In this document: piece after piece, positions 46,298 to 55,430 of the stretch
How positions within the stretch are numbered: position 1 is the stretch's first letter
How the letters are laid out: each line of letters begins with the position of its first letter
Source: a virus
Direction: 5' to 3' (one strand)
IMG/VR virus record: IMGVR_UViG_3300012001_000008
Location: 8,924-72,923 of that record
DNA length: 64,000 bases
The notes under the pieces: generated by a model
Database searches by the model: none
Seen by the model: the letters and a program-made list of their open reading frames with translations, nothing else
What the model was told of the DNA's origin: nothing
Made by a program: the position numbers and the translations under genes

Positions 46298-46525
46298 TTA
46301 TTTTCCATCGCGTTCCTCACCAAACCATTTTTGGGTATCTGCCCATAGGTTCTTTATATTTTTATCAAGTAGTTCGTAGGCATAGCAACATGCGCAACGA
46401 GAACTTACTGGGCTATCTTTGAGTTCTGGAAAGTCCTCTAAGTCTAAGACTTCGCAACGCTTTCCCCATATTTTAGAATAGGCTTTCTCAACCTTGCGCT
46501 TAAATACTTCGAAGTCTTTATCCAT
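46298..46525 (-). CDS. Hypothetical protein; probably leaderless
   Basis: TATAAT-6 nt-ATG; WGKRC...CACC. Confidence 0.55.
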   Translation of the reverse strand: MDKDFEVFKRKVEKAYSKIWGKRCEVLDLEDFPELKDSPVSSRCACCYAYELLDKNIKNLWADTQKWFGEERDGK

Positions 46526-46532
46526 ACTTCTA

Positions 46533-46751
46533 TTATAGAGTATCGGTAGTATGTCCGCAAGCGTCATGTGTATTATTATTCATCACCTCACGTTCTTGCT
46601 CGCACCAGTTACACTTCTCATAATGCCAATACCAACGAGACTCCTTGTCATCACCAACACCAGCGAATTGCCAGTTATGGTTACAGGTCATTTGCTTCCA
46701 TACCTTCTGTAGCTCAACTAAAAACATATTATTAACCACGGAAGCCCGCAA
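46533..46751 (-). CDS. Small zinc-binding protein
   Basis: CNHNW...CNWC; start uncertain. Confidence 0.5.
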   Translation of the reverse strand: MRASVVNNMFLVELQKVWKQMTCNHNWQFAGVGDDKESRWYWHYEKCNWCEQEREVMNNNTHDACGHTTDTL

Positions 46752-46995
46752 TCTTACGCATATTTACTTCTGTGTTATGCTTTGCTGTCTTTAGGTCATA
46801 TAAGATATTATGGATAATTTGTCGTTCCTCGGAAGAGTTGTTATCGGTTAACTCCTGCATAAGCCCAGCACGAACTTTCTGTATCTCTTCTTGCGCGGCA
46901 TACTTGCCTTCGAGGTCGGTGAACTTAATGTTCATCAGGCGTTCAATCTCGTATTCCTCACGCTTTGTTTCATCGAATTGTTTTAAGTCTGTCAT
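46732..46995 (-). CDS. Hypothetical coiled-coil protein
   Basis: First gene after promoter; AAGAAAGGCT RBS. Confidence 0.65.
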   Translation of the reverse strand: MTDLKQFDETKREEYEIERLMNIKFTDLEGKYAAQEEIQKVRAGLMQELTDNNSSEERQIIHNILYDLKTAKHNTEVNMRKIAGFRG

Positions 46996-47028
46996 TGTGT
47001 AAGCCTTTCTTAATGAATTACAACTTGA

Positions 47029-47057
47029 ATTATGCTCTCAATTATGGCAAAACACAA
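47029..47057 (-). promoter_or_regulatory. Early-type promoter
   Basis: TTGTGT-N17-CATAAT. Confidence 0.8.
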
Positions 47058-47082
47058 CCCCCTTTTCGTATAATAAGGATAT

Positions 47083-47472
47083 ATGTATTACAAACAAGGT
47101 GGAGTCTGGAAAAAAGACACCAAGAAAAACCTACAAATTGTCTCGCCTTCAACTTTGAAGCGTAAGCGTGACGCCTTTGAGCGCAAGAAGCTTACGCAAG
47201 CTTTCAAACGCTGGCGAAGTTACCAGTACAGGACTCAAGGGGGTCTCTGTTACTATTGTCTTCATCCGATTGATGGGGCTTGGCATACAGACCACTTTAT
47301 ACCACTGGGCAGGTTCTATGGCACTTCTGCCTACAAGAACCTGAGAGTCTGCTGCTCCCACTGTAACTACTACAAGTCCGTTCAATACCCCACCGCTCGC
47401 ATACTTGCCGAGCTTAGGAGCGGTGTGGCTTGTCGTCATATTCACAAAGTCTCTAGAACCTCTGTCTTGTAA
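47083..47472 (+). CDS. HNH endonuclease (opposite strand)
   Basis: QGGLCYYC, TDHFIPL, NLRVCCSHCNYYK; TATAAT just upstream. Confidence 0.8.
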   Translation: MYYKQGGVWKKDTKKNLQIVSPSTLKRKRDAFERKKLTQAFKRWRSYQYRTQGGLCYYCLHPIDGAWHTDHFIPLGRFYGTSAYKNLRVCCSHCNYYKSVQYPTARILAELRSGVACRHIHKVSRTSVL

Positions 47473-48203
47473 CCGTGGTTATTTAGCCGTAGCTCCCACG
47501 TTCCTTTACCCTTGCTCTGATATACCTTACAGTAATCTGGGTAGTCTTCGGCGAGAATCTTCGCAGCTCTCTCAATAATCTTAGGTGTGCGCTTCTCTTG
47601 CATACCGCCTGGTTGCTTGTAATAAGCGGTGTTAACAGTGATGTAGTCAAATCTAACCAGTCCACCTTCTTCGGCAAATACTTGGAATCCGCGACGGTAG
47701 TCATCTTTTTCATCTGTGAGGACATGGTGAGCCTCTGAACCTGTGTTAATTAGACCCCAGCAAGAACCAACCTGTAGGAATAGACCGCGTGTAATACGGG
47801 GCTTCATAAAGAAGGCGTTACGCGCTGCATAGATACCCCATGTACTTGTGCCGAGTTGGTGGCATAGTTCAAAGCCCTTTTTAGCAAAGTCGAGATTGCT
47901 CTCTACAAGCTTCTTGCCATCCTTAGATAGCTTCTCAAATGACTTAATATCATCATCTACGAATAGAATCTCTGTTCCCTTTGGGTAATAATCTAATATG
48001 CGCGAGACATTCTTGCTCTTGGTGGGGACGGAGTCTACAATCTTGACCATGCCACCAGTCTGACGGACATAGTCATCGTGTTCCTCTGGGTCGCTTAGGA
48101 AAACCGTGACATCAGCCAAATTAGCCCCACTACGAATAAGTGAGGCTATGGTTAGTTCAAAAATCTTATCGGCGCGACGGTAGCTAGGAATTGCTATTTG
48201 CAT
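47442..48203 (-). CDS. TET-associated (GREB1-like) glycosyltransferase
   Basis: IAIPSYRR, FVDDDI, EKDDY, QPGG; adjacent to the dioxygenase. Confidence 0.75.
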   Translation of the reverse strand: MQIAIPSYRRADKIFELTIASLIRSGANLADVTVFLSDPEEHDDYVRQTGGMVKIVDSVPTKSKNVSRILDYYPKGTEILFVDDDIKSFEKLSKDGKKLVESNLDFAKKGFELCHQLGTSTWGIYAARNAFFMKPRITRGLFLQVGSCWGLINTGSEAHHVLTDEKDDYRRGFQVFAEEGGLVRFDYITVNTAYYKQPGGMQEKRTPKIIERAAKILAEDYPDYCKVYQSKGKGTWELRLNNHGYKTEVLETL

Positions 48204-49041
48204 CTTTTTCCTCCTGAATCATACGGAGTAACTTTTCGAGTTTGCGGTCTTCTGCCTTCTTTGCATTGGCGACTTCAAGGGAGGTCTCAAGACAGTTCCA
48301 CATTTGAACGAGTGAATAGAACACAATAGTGAAGCGATAAGATGCCTCAGTTGTACCCTTCATTGGAGTTACGCCATGAACGAATCGCTGTCCGTCAAAC
48401 ATAGAGAGTGAACCGTTGCTAATCTTTAGGTTAACTTTTAGTTCAGGGATGTGGAGGTAGCCTCCCTTGATGTCCTTTTTGAGGCCAAGCATGATGGAGA
48501 ATACGTCCTTAAAGTTACCAGTGTCCATGTGATACTTGAGTGGATTATTCTTGTTGATGATGCCACTAGTAAAGTGAGTCTCTGGCATGAGATATTCACC
48601 ACGAACATTCGTAGCGAGTTCGGCGTGGTTTTTGTAACGCTTGTCGGCGTACTGGCTATATAATTCCTCGGCTGACTTAGCAACAGCAAACAGGTCGTCT
48701 TCTATAGACTTGTATTTGTTGCCGAAAGCAGTCTTCGAACAGGTCTTTTTACCAGCAAGACCAACCATGCGTGGACGGTAGCCGATAATCTCCGACTGAG
48801 TTACAAGTCCGTTTGTTCGCTTGTTAACAGAGAACTTGACCTTACTTAGGGCATTAATCATGCGGTCGGTGTCGAGGAGTTCGTCGGTGTCTTTGTAGAT
48901 AAGTAGCGTTTCGCCAGTGTTCTTGTCTACAATGATGGTGTCCTCCGAGATGATTGGGTCATCATTCTCGAAGGCTTTTTGGCTTAGAAGCTCTTTAGTG
49001 TTATTTGGGGCTTCTGATAAATCAACGTATAGCGTCTTCAT
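48184..49041 (-). CDS. TET/JBP-family 2-oxoglutarate/Fe(II) dioxygenase
   Basis: FTSGIINKN, HMD (HxD), GGYL, HGVT, RFTIVFY. Confidence 0.8.
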   Translation of the reverse strand: MKTLYVDLSEAPNNTKELLSQKAFENDDPIISEDTIIVDKNTGETLLIYKDTDELLDTDRMINALSKVKFSVNKRTNGLVTQSEIIGYRPRMVGLAGKKTCSKTAFGNKYKSIEDDLFAVAKSAEELYSQYADKRYKNHAELATNVRGEYLMPETHFTSGIINKNNPLKYHMDTGNFKDVFSIMLGLKKDIKGGYLHIPELKVNLKISNGSLSMFDGQRFVHGVTPMKGTTEASYRFTIVFYSLVQMWNCLETSLEVANAKKAEDRKLEKLLRMIQEEKDANSNS

Positions 49042-49663
49042 ACTTCTCCTTTACAGCGGTTACGATTGCATCCGTAACGGTATCTACGCCATAAAGTTCA
49101 CGGAAGTAATTTGCGTAGGTCATAAACTCTACGAATGAGGCTTTGTCGAACGTAAGGGATACGCTCATAGAATCACGAAGTTCAGTATCGGCGAGTGCAT
49201 CTCCTGGTGTGCGAGTTCCTTCTGGGACTTGGGTAACTTCTTCACCGAGTTCGTAGAAGCGAATGCCATCAAAGTTAGTCAGTTCGAATACTTCGGCTTC
49301 TGGCAGTTCGTAGGTAGCGATAAAGTTATCAATACCCTCTTGGGTGATTGTACCGTATTGCGAAGTAATTTGTAGAAGGCGAGCCATAGCTGCATTCATG
49401 TCTGGCGCATCAAGTGTGATATAAGGAATCGGCTCGTTCCAGCCTTCTGTCTGCAAGACGTGTTGGCGTTGGTGTCCGTCTAGTAGCCACTTCTGACCAG
49501 TCTCATCAATCCAAGCAACGAGAGGAATATCAAATCCGTTTTTCTCGATAGCTTTCTTTAGCTTTGCATAATTATCTTTGCTAAGGTATTTGAGTTCGCC
49601 TTGGCTTGCTTCAAACTCCGTTATAGGCGCTGTTGGCAACTTGTTGGGGTTATTTACTTGCAT
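49022..49663 (-). CDS. ParB/Srx-like N-terminal domain protein
   Basis: KLKKAIEKNGF..P, LLDGHQR. Confidence 0.8.
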   Translation of the reverse strand: MQVNNPNKLPTAPITEFEASQGELKYLSKDNYAKLKKAIEKNGFDIPLVAWIDETGQKWLLDGHQRQHVLQTEGWNEPIPYITLDAPDMNAAMARLLQITSQYGTITQEGIDNFIATYELPEAEVFELTNFDGIRFYELGEEVTQVPEGTRTPGDALADTELRDSMSVSLTFDKASFVEFMTYANYFRELYGVDTVTDAIVTAVKEKYEDAIR

Positions 49664-49680
49664 GTTATTCCTTTTTTATT

Positions 49681-49890
49681 TTATTCTTCACCGCGAATGA
49701 TGTGTGATTCAAGTTCTTCGAGTTCTTCTTCTGTGGCGAGGCGCTCTTCATCTACTGGGAAGTCATCACTTCCGTACACGTCTAGGGCATCGTCAAAGCG
49801 TTCAAGTTCTGCAAAAATAAAAGCACCAATTCTTCGTTTGATAGTTTCAATTTTGTCTGATATTTTTTCTACAATTGGTGGTTTTTCCAT
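49681..49890 (-). CDS. Hypothetical acidic protein; probably leaderless
   Basis: TATAAT-6 nt-ATG. Confidence 0.55.
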   Translation of the reverse strand: MEKPPIVEKISDKIETIKRRIGAFIFAELERFDDALDVYGSDDFPVDEERLATEEELEELESHIIRGEE

Positions 49891-49904
49891 ATCGCTATTA
49901 TACC

Positions 49905-50201
49905 TTATTTATGTTTGTACACTAGTTCTTGGATTATCACCGCTACACCACTCATTATGAGCGTATAGATGATAAATGTCAATATACTAGTTGAGATGAG
50001 GATTGCGAATAGTCCCGCAACCCATACAGATACACAGTAGAAGCAACTAACAAGGTCATATAGCCCACCTGAGCGCTTCTGCCGTTTAGCGAGTAAGGCT
50101 CTAGCGCGAACAAAGATGTCGAGTGGACCACGTTCAGTCCATAGGATTCTTGATAAGCGCCAGACACCTACTCCGAGTAGTACTAGAAGCCAACAATCCA
50201 T
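49905..50201 (-). CDS. DUF1360-like membrane protein
   Basis: WRLSRIL..E.GP.DIF..R, LVSCFYCVSVW; start uncertain. Confidence 0.65.
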   Translation of the reverse strand: MDCWLLVLLGVGVWRLSRILWTERGPLDIFVRARALLAKRQKRSGGLYDLVSCFYCVSVWVAGLFAILISTSILTFIIYTLIMSGVAVIIQELVYKHK

Positions 50202-50304
50202 CGTATGAGCTTAACCGTTACGGCTACGATAATTGCGACGATACAAAGTCCGATGACTATGCCAGCCACTCTCGCAGCTTTGCCGTCTTGTGGTTGATTT
50301 ACCA

Positions 50305-50706
50305 TTACACTTCCTCCATTTCGATTTCGTTATCTTCCTCTACCTCTTCTGGGTGTTCCTCAATTTGCTTGAGACGGTCTTCGTGGCTAGAAATTGCATT
50401 CTTGTACACGTTGATACGACCTTGGTGGAACATCTTTTCTACTTCGACGGTGTTAACCTCTTTTAGCAAGCCTTCGAGGACAGCCTTACAGTCTGCGTAA
50501 GAGTAGTAAGACATGGCAATAGGCTGGATTTCTTTTTTCAGTCCATTAATCATAAAGCTATACTTAACCTTGCCTGGCTCAAGCGAGCTAGTGCTAATCT
50601 GCACGGTATAGTCGAGAGTGTTGTCCTTAAATGCGAGACGGATTACCTTGCGTACAAGCTTCTCTAGCTCGATGACGCTCTCTGTTGGTGTTGATGGTTT
50701 TGCCAT
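50305..50706 (-). CDS. Hypothetical protein
   Basis: 133-aa ORF, TAATG coupling. Confidence 0.6.
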   Translation of the reverse strand: MAKPSTPTESVIELEKLVRKVIRLAFKDNTLDYTVQISTSSLEPGKVKYSFMINGLKKEIQPIAMSYYSYADCKAVLEGLLKEVNTVEVEKMFHQGRINVYKNAISSHEDRLKQIEEHPEEVEEDNEIEMEEV

Positions 50707-50921
50707 TAATGTGCCTTCCTAAATGCTTTTTTTGATTTTGCTCGTGCAAGTTGCAACGAATGAGTTGATTTTGTGTATTTTGGGTCAGTCGCTGGACGCT
50801 GACGACGAGCTGCGCGAGTCTTAATGACCATGTTGCCATCATTGTCGAAAGTAGTGATACCACCATGTTCTGCGAAATACTCGATTTCCTCTTGGGTTAG
50901 TTCTACTTTTGCCTGTTCCAT
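50706..50921 (-). CDS. Hypothetical protein
   Basis: 71-aa ORF with basic C-terminus. Confidence 0.55.
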   Translation of the reverse strand: MEQAKVELTQEEIEYFAEHGGITTFDNDGNMVIKTRAARRQRPATDPKYTKSTHSLQLARAKSKKAFRKAH

Positions 50922-50922
50922 A

Positions 50923-51141
50923 CTATGCTACTTCCGTGAAGTCGATGTAGTAGCTTTTCCCTACAACAAACTGGTCTGCTGTTGACTCTTGCACTAGACC
51001 CATTTCTAAGACACCACTTGGCGTGTACTTAAAGAAGGTCGCATTCTCTGCGCTTGAGCCAATAACTGCCGTTAAGCGTACTCGGTAGCCGTCTTTGACC
51101 TCTGTTTTAGATTCTACTGTGAACTTTGCTCGTGTTGCCAT
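50923..51141 (-). CDS. Conserved-looking small phage protein
   Basis: MATRAKF...ENATFFKYTPSG...YYIDFT; AGGAG RBS. Confidence 0.65.
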   Translation of the reverse strand: MATRAKFTVESKTEVKDGYRVRLTAVIGSSAENATFFKYTPSGVLEMGLVQESTADQFVVGKSYYIDFTEVA

Positions 51142-51189
51142 ATTATCTCCTATTTCTATTGTATCTTTAGTACTTAAGGTTGTCAAGCA

Positions 51190-51927
51190 TTATAACGCTT
51201 TTAGGTCTGCTTGTAGTTGGGCGATGTTTAAGTTGCCGACGCTGACACCATTCTTGAGCATTTCTTCACTGAGGTATACGATACTTTCATCGTTATACTT
51301 CTTAAAGAATCCCCATGTCATCTTCTGCACTTTTCCCCAAGTAACGACATAAACATAGCGCCTGTCATAGCCGATAGCAGGGATGTAGTGTCCACCTTCG
51401 ATTGCTGAACGAACGATTCGCCATGGCTTATCATCGTTAAATTGCTTCATAGCGCTTCCTGGGAAGTTAATACCAAGACCAACAACTCCGAAAGTTGAGA
51501 TAGCCTGCTTAAGTTGTGTTACGTTTGAAGCCTCCAAAGCAAGATAGGCTGCAACCTTGTGTCGCTTACCCTGTGTATCGACAATACCGACATTCTGACG
51601 ATACTTCGCTGCAACTGCCATATCAGTACCTTGGTCTGAGTTAGGGTCATTTGGGTTAAACCCTGTTACTGCTGAGTAGTCTGAAAGCGAGTTCGAGTCG
51701 TTGATTATAACATTAACAGTTGCTTCATTATTCCAAAGCATTGTTTCGTGTCCAGCACCTGCCCAAACACAGTCGCCATAAGAGTCGTTTCCAAGTACGC
51801 CCCAGATGCCTGGATAGTACTTATTAGCCGTGTAAGAGCTTGGTGGTTTTGGCAATTCTGTTAAGTAAGCCTTTAGTTTGAATGATACAGCGTTTGGTCG
51901 CGCTGGTAGTTTACCGAGTTTATACAT
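51190..51927 (-). CDS. Papain-like cysteine peptidase
   Basis: GND.YGDCVWA, DQG, GGHYI..GYD, VTWG. Confidence 0.75.
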   Translation of the reverse strand: MYKLGKLPARPNAVSFKLKAYLTELPKPPSSYTANKYYPGIWGVLGNDSYGDCVWAGAGHETMLWNNEATVNVIINDSNSLSDYSAVTGFNPNDPNSDQGTDMAVAAKYRQNVGIVDTQGKRHKVAAYLALEASNVTQLKQAISTFGVVGLGINFPGSAMKQFNDDKPWRIVRSAIEGGHYIPAIGYDRRYVYVVTWGKVQKMTWGFFKKYNDESIVYLSEEMLKNGVSVGNLNIAQLQADLKAL

Positions 51928-51936
51928 TTGTTCTCC

Positions 51937-53001
51937 TTATTTATTCCTACCTACTATTATATCGGTTCGGTCATTAGAGAACTTTAGCCGTGCGCAGATG
52001 CCAATGTTAATCTCGCGCGAGATAGCTCTCTGCTGTTCATAGCTAATATAACCATACTCGCTAAACTTACGAGATGCTGGCATAGATACCTTTTCTAGCC
52101 ACTTCTTCCAACGAGCATCTACATCGTCTTCCTCGAAGAAGATTGGATTAGCATGAGAAGCTTCCATATCGAATCCATAGTGACTCTTTTCGTACTCGTT
52201 ACCAACTGGCTTGTACTGGTTTAACATGAACGAAAGCTCTGGTAGCATAAAACGAAGTACACCAAAATCTTCCATCAACTGAATACCAGTACTGGAATAC
52301 TCACCCATAAGTAGCTTATCTATCTCTTGTACCCAGCGCTCTCTTGATACGTCTAAAATACGAGCTGCAAGCTGTCTTGCCTTACCAGTAAAGTTTGGGT
52401 CAACAGTGAAGCCGTAACGCGCTGCAAATCGAGCTGCACGAAGCATACGGAGAGGGTCTTCCTGAATCCTATCCTTTGGAAGTCCAACTGTAACAATCTT
52501 CTTTCCATGAATATGTAGCTTACCACCGTATGGGTCATAGATAGTTCCGTCTGGGCGAAGCACCATAGCGTTCATCGTGAAGTCACGGCGAGCAAGGTCT
52601 GAATCAATATCTGTCACAAAAGTAACATCAGGTTGACGGCTCTTGCTCGTATAAACCTCGGTGCGGAAAGTAGTTACCTCTACATATTCATAAACGGTGT
52701 GAAACTCCTTGTACCTTTCTACGTCACCCCATACCTTCTTCATTTCTTCGTTTGTTGGAACCTCAACTGGAACCTTGAAACCGATAGTGCCATGCTTCTT
52801 GCCATTACCAACAAAGTAAGCGTGGCGTCCAGCGTCATGCACGAGCTTCTCCATTTCTTCAACAAGTAACGGGGTGGTGAAGTCGTAGTCCTTCGGAGTA
52901 TTGCCCATAACGATGTCTCGCACTGCGCCACCAACAAGATATACCTCGTCTGTACCGAGAATCCTTATTACTTCTTGCTGAATTGCTAGTGCCTTTTCCA
53001 T
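51937..53001 (-). CDS. cca: CCA-adding tRNA nucleotidyltransferase family protein
   Basis: YLVGGAVRD, DYDF, EVTTFR, DLARRDFTMNA, EDPLRMLRAARF, SRER. Confidence 0.85.
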   Translation of the reverse strand: MEKALAIQQEVIRILGTDEVYLVGGAVRDIVMGNTPKDYDFTTPLLVEEMEKLVHDAGRHAYFVGNGKKHGTIGFKVPVEVPTNEEMKKVWGDVERYKEFHTVYEYVEVTTFRTEVYTSKSRQPDVTFVTDIDSDLARRDFTMNAMVLRPDGTIYDPYGGKLHIHGKKIVTVGLPKDRIQEDPLRMLRAARFAARYGFTVDPNFTGKARQLAARILDVSRERWVQEIDKLLMGEYSSTGIQLMEDFGVLRFMLPELSFMLNQYKPVGNEYEKSHYGFDMEASHANPIFFEEDDVDARWKKWLEKVSMPASRKFSEYGYISYEQQRAISREINIGICARLKFSNDRTDIIVGRNK

Positions 53002-53294
53002 TACTTCTTAATCCCTAACTTTAGGTCTACTTTTTTGTATAATATCTGTGCGACGGCTTTTATAACCCTATCGTCGAATGCTTCTTCTTTTGAAAGCCAA
53101 TATAGTGAACGGCTCTTTACGGCTTTGTCAATTAAGTTGTCCATACTTAACTCGTCTGGTAGCAACTGCTTAACACGCTTATCTACTAGGCTTTCAATAG
53201 AAGCCTCAACCATGTCACGGATTTCTTGCTTTGTGATTCCCACTTCGTTATAAATAGCGTTGCGGAGTCTGTTTAGGTCTTGTTTATCTGCCAT
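53001..53294 (-). CDS. Hypothetical helical protein
   Basis: 97 aa, TAATG-coupled on both sides. Confidence 0.6.
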   Translation of the reverse strand: MADKQDLNRLRNAIYNEVGITKQEIRDMVEASIESLVDKRVKQLLPDELSMDNLIDKAVKSRSLYWLSKEEAFDDRVIKAVAQILYKKVDLKLGIKK

Positions 53295-53980
53295 TACATA
53301 TTCTCTTTTCTAATCTTATAAAGAAGTGCGTCAATCGCCTTCCAGTTTGGTTCGTCTGGGAGAACCGATACAATGTACTCCATCTTCTTGTCCTCGGCGA
53401 TGAATGCGTCCACAACAGTGTCTGGCGTTTGCTCACCCATCTTAAATAGCCACTCGCGCTGTTCTGGTGTTACTCGAACAGTTAGTTCACCAGTCTCTAG
53501 TAGCTGTCGCGCCTGTAATAGAAGACGGAAACAGTGTCGAGTATGCTTGGCGAAACGGTTCTTTAGGGCGCTATCATAGCCGTCCTTACCTTCTGCTTGG
53601 CGACGGCTAAGGCTAAGTGCCTGTCCCATGGCGTAGCCTCTGTACGCATTCATAACAGCCTTAGTAGACAAAAATGCCTTGCGGTTCTCTACTAGTAGCT
53701 TGCCAATTGGCGATAGGATTGTGTATTCCTCTAGCCATAACAGTTCTGAGACTGTTGGGTTTCCGCCGATGACTAGTTTCATAAACTTACCCACCTCGTG
53801 ATATACCCAGTCTGGGTCTGTGTGGTCTACGGTTGTCTTAGCTGGATTAAAACTTAAAGATAACACATCTTTCGTAGGCAATAGGTAAACACCCTTGATG
53901 TCTACATCAGAGTTCTCTGTTGCGAGTCCGTAGGCTGTTGAACCTGTTACGCCTTCTAGAATTATGTTATCTGGCTTCAT
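53294..53980 (-). CDS. Pol-beta-superfamily nucleotidyltransferase (RlaP-like, RNA repair)
   Basis: GSTAYGL...SDVDIKGVY, GNPT..E.LW, HCFRLL. Confidence 0.8.
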   Translation of the reverse strand: MKPDNIILEGVTGSTAYGLATENSDVDIKGVYLLPTKDVLSLSFNPAKTTVDHTDPDWVYHEVGKFMKLVIGGNPTVSELLWLEEYTILSPIGKLLVENRKAFLSTKAVMNAYRGYAMGQALSLSRRQAEGKDGYDSALKNRFAKHTRHCFRLLLQARQLLETGELTVRVTPEQREWLFKMGEQTPDTVVDAFIAEDKKMEYIVSVLPDEPNWKAIDALLYKIRKENM

Positions 53981-54898
53981 TACTTCAATTCCCTCACATA
54001 GCGACCCTTAATTCTATTCCCATAATCGCCAGATTCTACTTTGGCTAGGATTTCGTCAATGATTTTTAGGTCGCTCTTTTTTACTTCTAATTGTTCTGTT
54101 TTCGCGCGAGCAGGTGGTTTTCCAGCACTAACATAAGCATAACTACTATCGTTCTTATCTTGCAACACTTTTGTGAAGCTGATAGGTTCTTCGTCACTAC
54201 GATAGATATATGTCCATATAAGTGTCTTGACAGGAGTCTCACGTTTGCGCAACTTCTTTTCAGTCCTATGACCATACCAAGAGTTGTTATTGACCTCGAC
54301 TTCATATTCTTCCATCGTGTCCCAGACCTCACCAAGACAAACATCAATCTGAGTAATAGTCTTTATATACTCCACCCTGTTCCCACTTAGTTGTCTTGCT
54401 AGCTTTCTTCATCGCTGCCTTGTGCGCCATATCTGCGGTTGCATCTTTATATGCTTGCATACCTTCGTGGATAAGTCCTGGCTGTCCACCCTTGCGAGCA
54501 AACATGACTTTCTCTTTAATAAGACCATTCTCGATGTGACTATTTCTGATTAAGTCTGCAAGGACTGCATCATTAACACCTATGTTAAACTTAACGCCAT
54601 CTTTTTCTACCTCACATTGCCAAAAAGACAGACGACCACCCTGCGAAGAACCACCTGCTGATTGTAGAATCTTAGCAGTGAAGCCCTTATTTTCGAACGT
54701 GTGGATTTCTGGCTCGTGAGTCTTCACATACTCTTTCTTCTCATAGTCATATTCACGTTCGGTTGCCCAGCTCTTGGCTGACTCTAGCCCTTTTTTATCT
54801 TTAGCATCAACAATATAGCCAGTGAAGTCTCTGCGTCCAGGAACCGTCTTTACTGCGACGGTTATATTATCCATTAGAACCCAGTAGTTATAAGCCAT
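53980..54898 (-). pseudogene. Hypothetical protein split by a 1-nt insertion near 54363 (ORFs 54344..54898 and 53980..54375)
   Basis: Deleting one A gives continuous WEQGGVYKTITQIDVCLG. Confidence 0.55.
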
Positions 54899-55383
54899 TA
54901 GAACCTCTCAGCCAACCACTTAAGTGTTTTACGCATGAACCGAGGAGTACCGTCATAACTAGTCATAAAGTCGTATGAACGGAATCCGCGAGCAACATGA
55001 TTAAGCGCTTTGTACGCATCTTCATATTTGTTGCCTTCGCCGGTGTATAGGTCGAAACTCTCAAAGATTTGACGCTTTTCTTCGTCGTCAGCCGAAAAAG
55101 GCTCAACTGCCATAGCGGTAATAGAGTATGCACCAACTTCGTTAGCACCTTCATCTATGTAGTACTCTGCTAGGATTCCAGCATTATCGAGATACTCCCA
55201 TAGGTTAGTAATTTGCTGGGCATTTTCAGCCTCTAACACAATAACGGTTCGCCTTGTCCTGTCGGCAAACCAGTTACCACGTTCCTGCAACATCATTGTT
55301 GCATGGGTTGCTTGAGCTGCTGCTTTACCAGCGCTCATCTTGAGTTCCTTGTTCAATATGACGTATAAAATTGGGTTTTCCAT
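54898..55383 (-). CDS. pth2: Peptidyl-tRNA hydrolase, Pth2 type
   Basis: YVILNKELKMSAGKAAAQATHA, IVLE, IDEGANEV..TAMAV. Confidence 0.8.
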   Translation of the reverse strand: MENPILYVILNKELKMSAGKAAAQATHATMMLQERGNWFADRTRRTVIVLEAENAQQITNLWEYLDNAGILAEYYIDEGANEVGAYSITAMAVEPFSADDEEKRQIFESFDLYTGEGNKYEDAYKALNHVARGFRSYDFMTSYDGTPRFMRKTLKWLAERF

Positions 55384-55389
55384 ACTCTT

Positions 55390-55418
55390 ATTGTACGAGC
55401 TTGTGGTTAAAAAAGCAA
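55390..55418 (-). promoter_or_regulatory. Promoter TTGCTT-N17-TACAAT with leaderless start
   Basis: TACAATAAGAGTATG identical to 57983-57997. Confidence 0.7.
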
Positions 55419-55430
55419 TACCTTTTTCGA

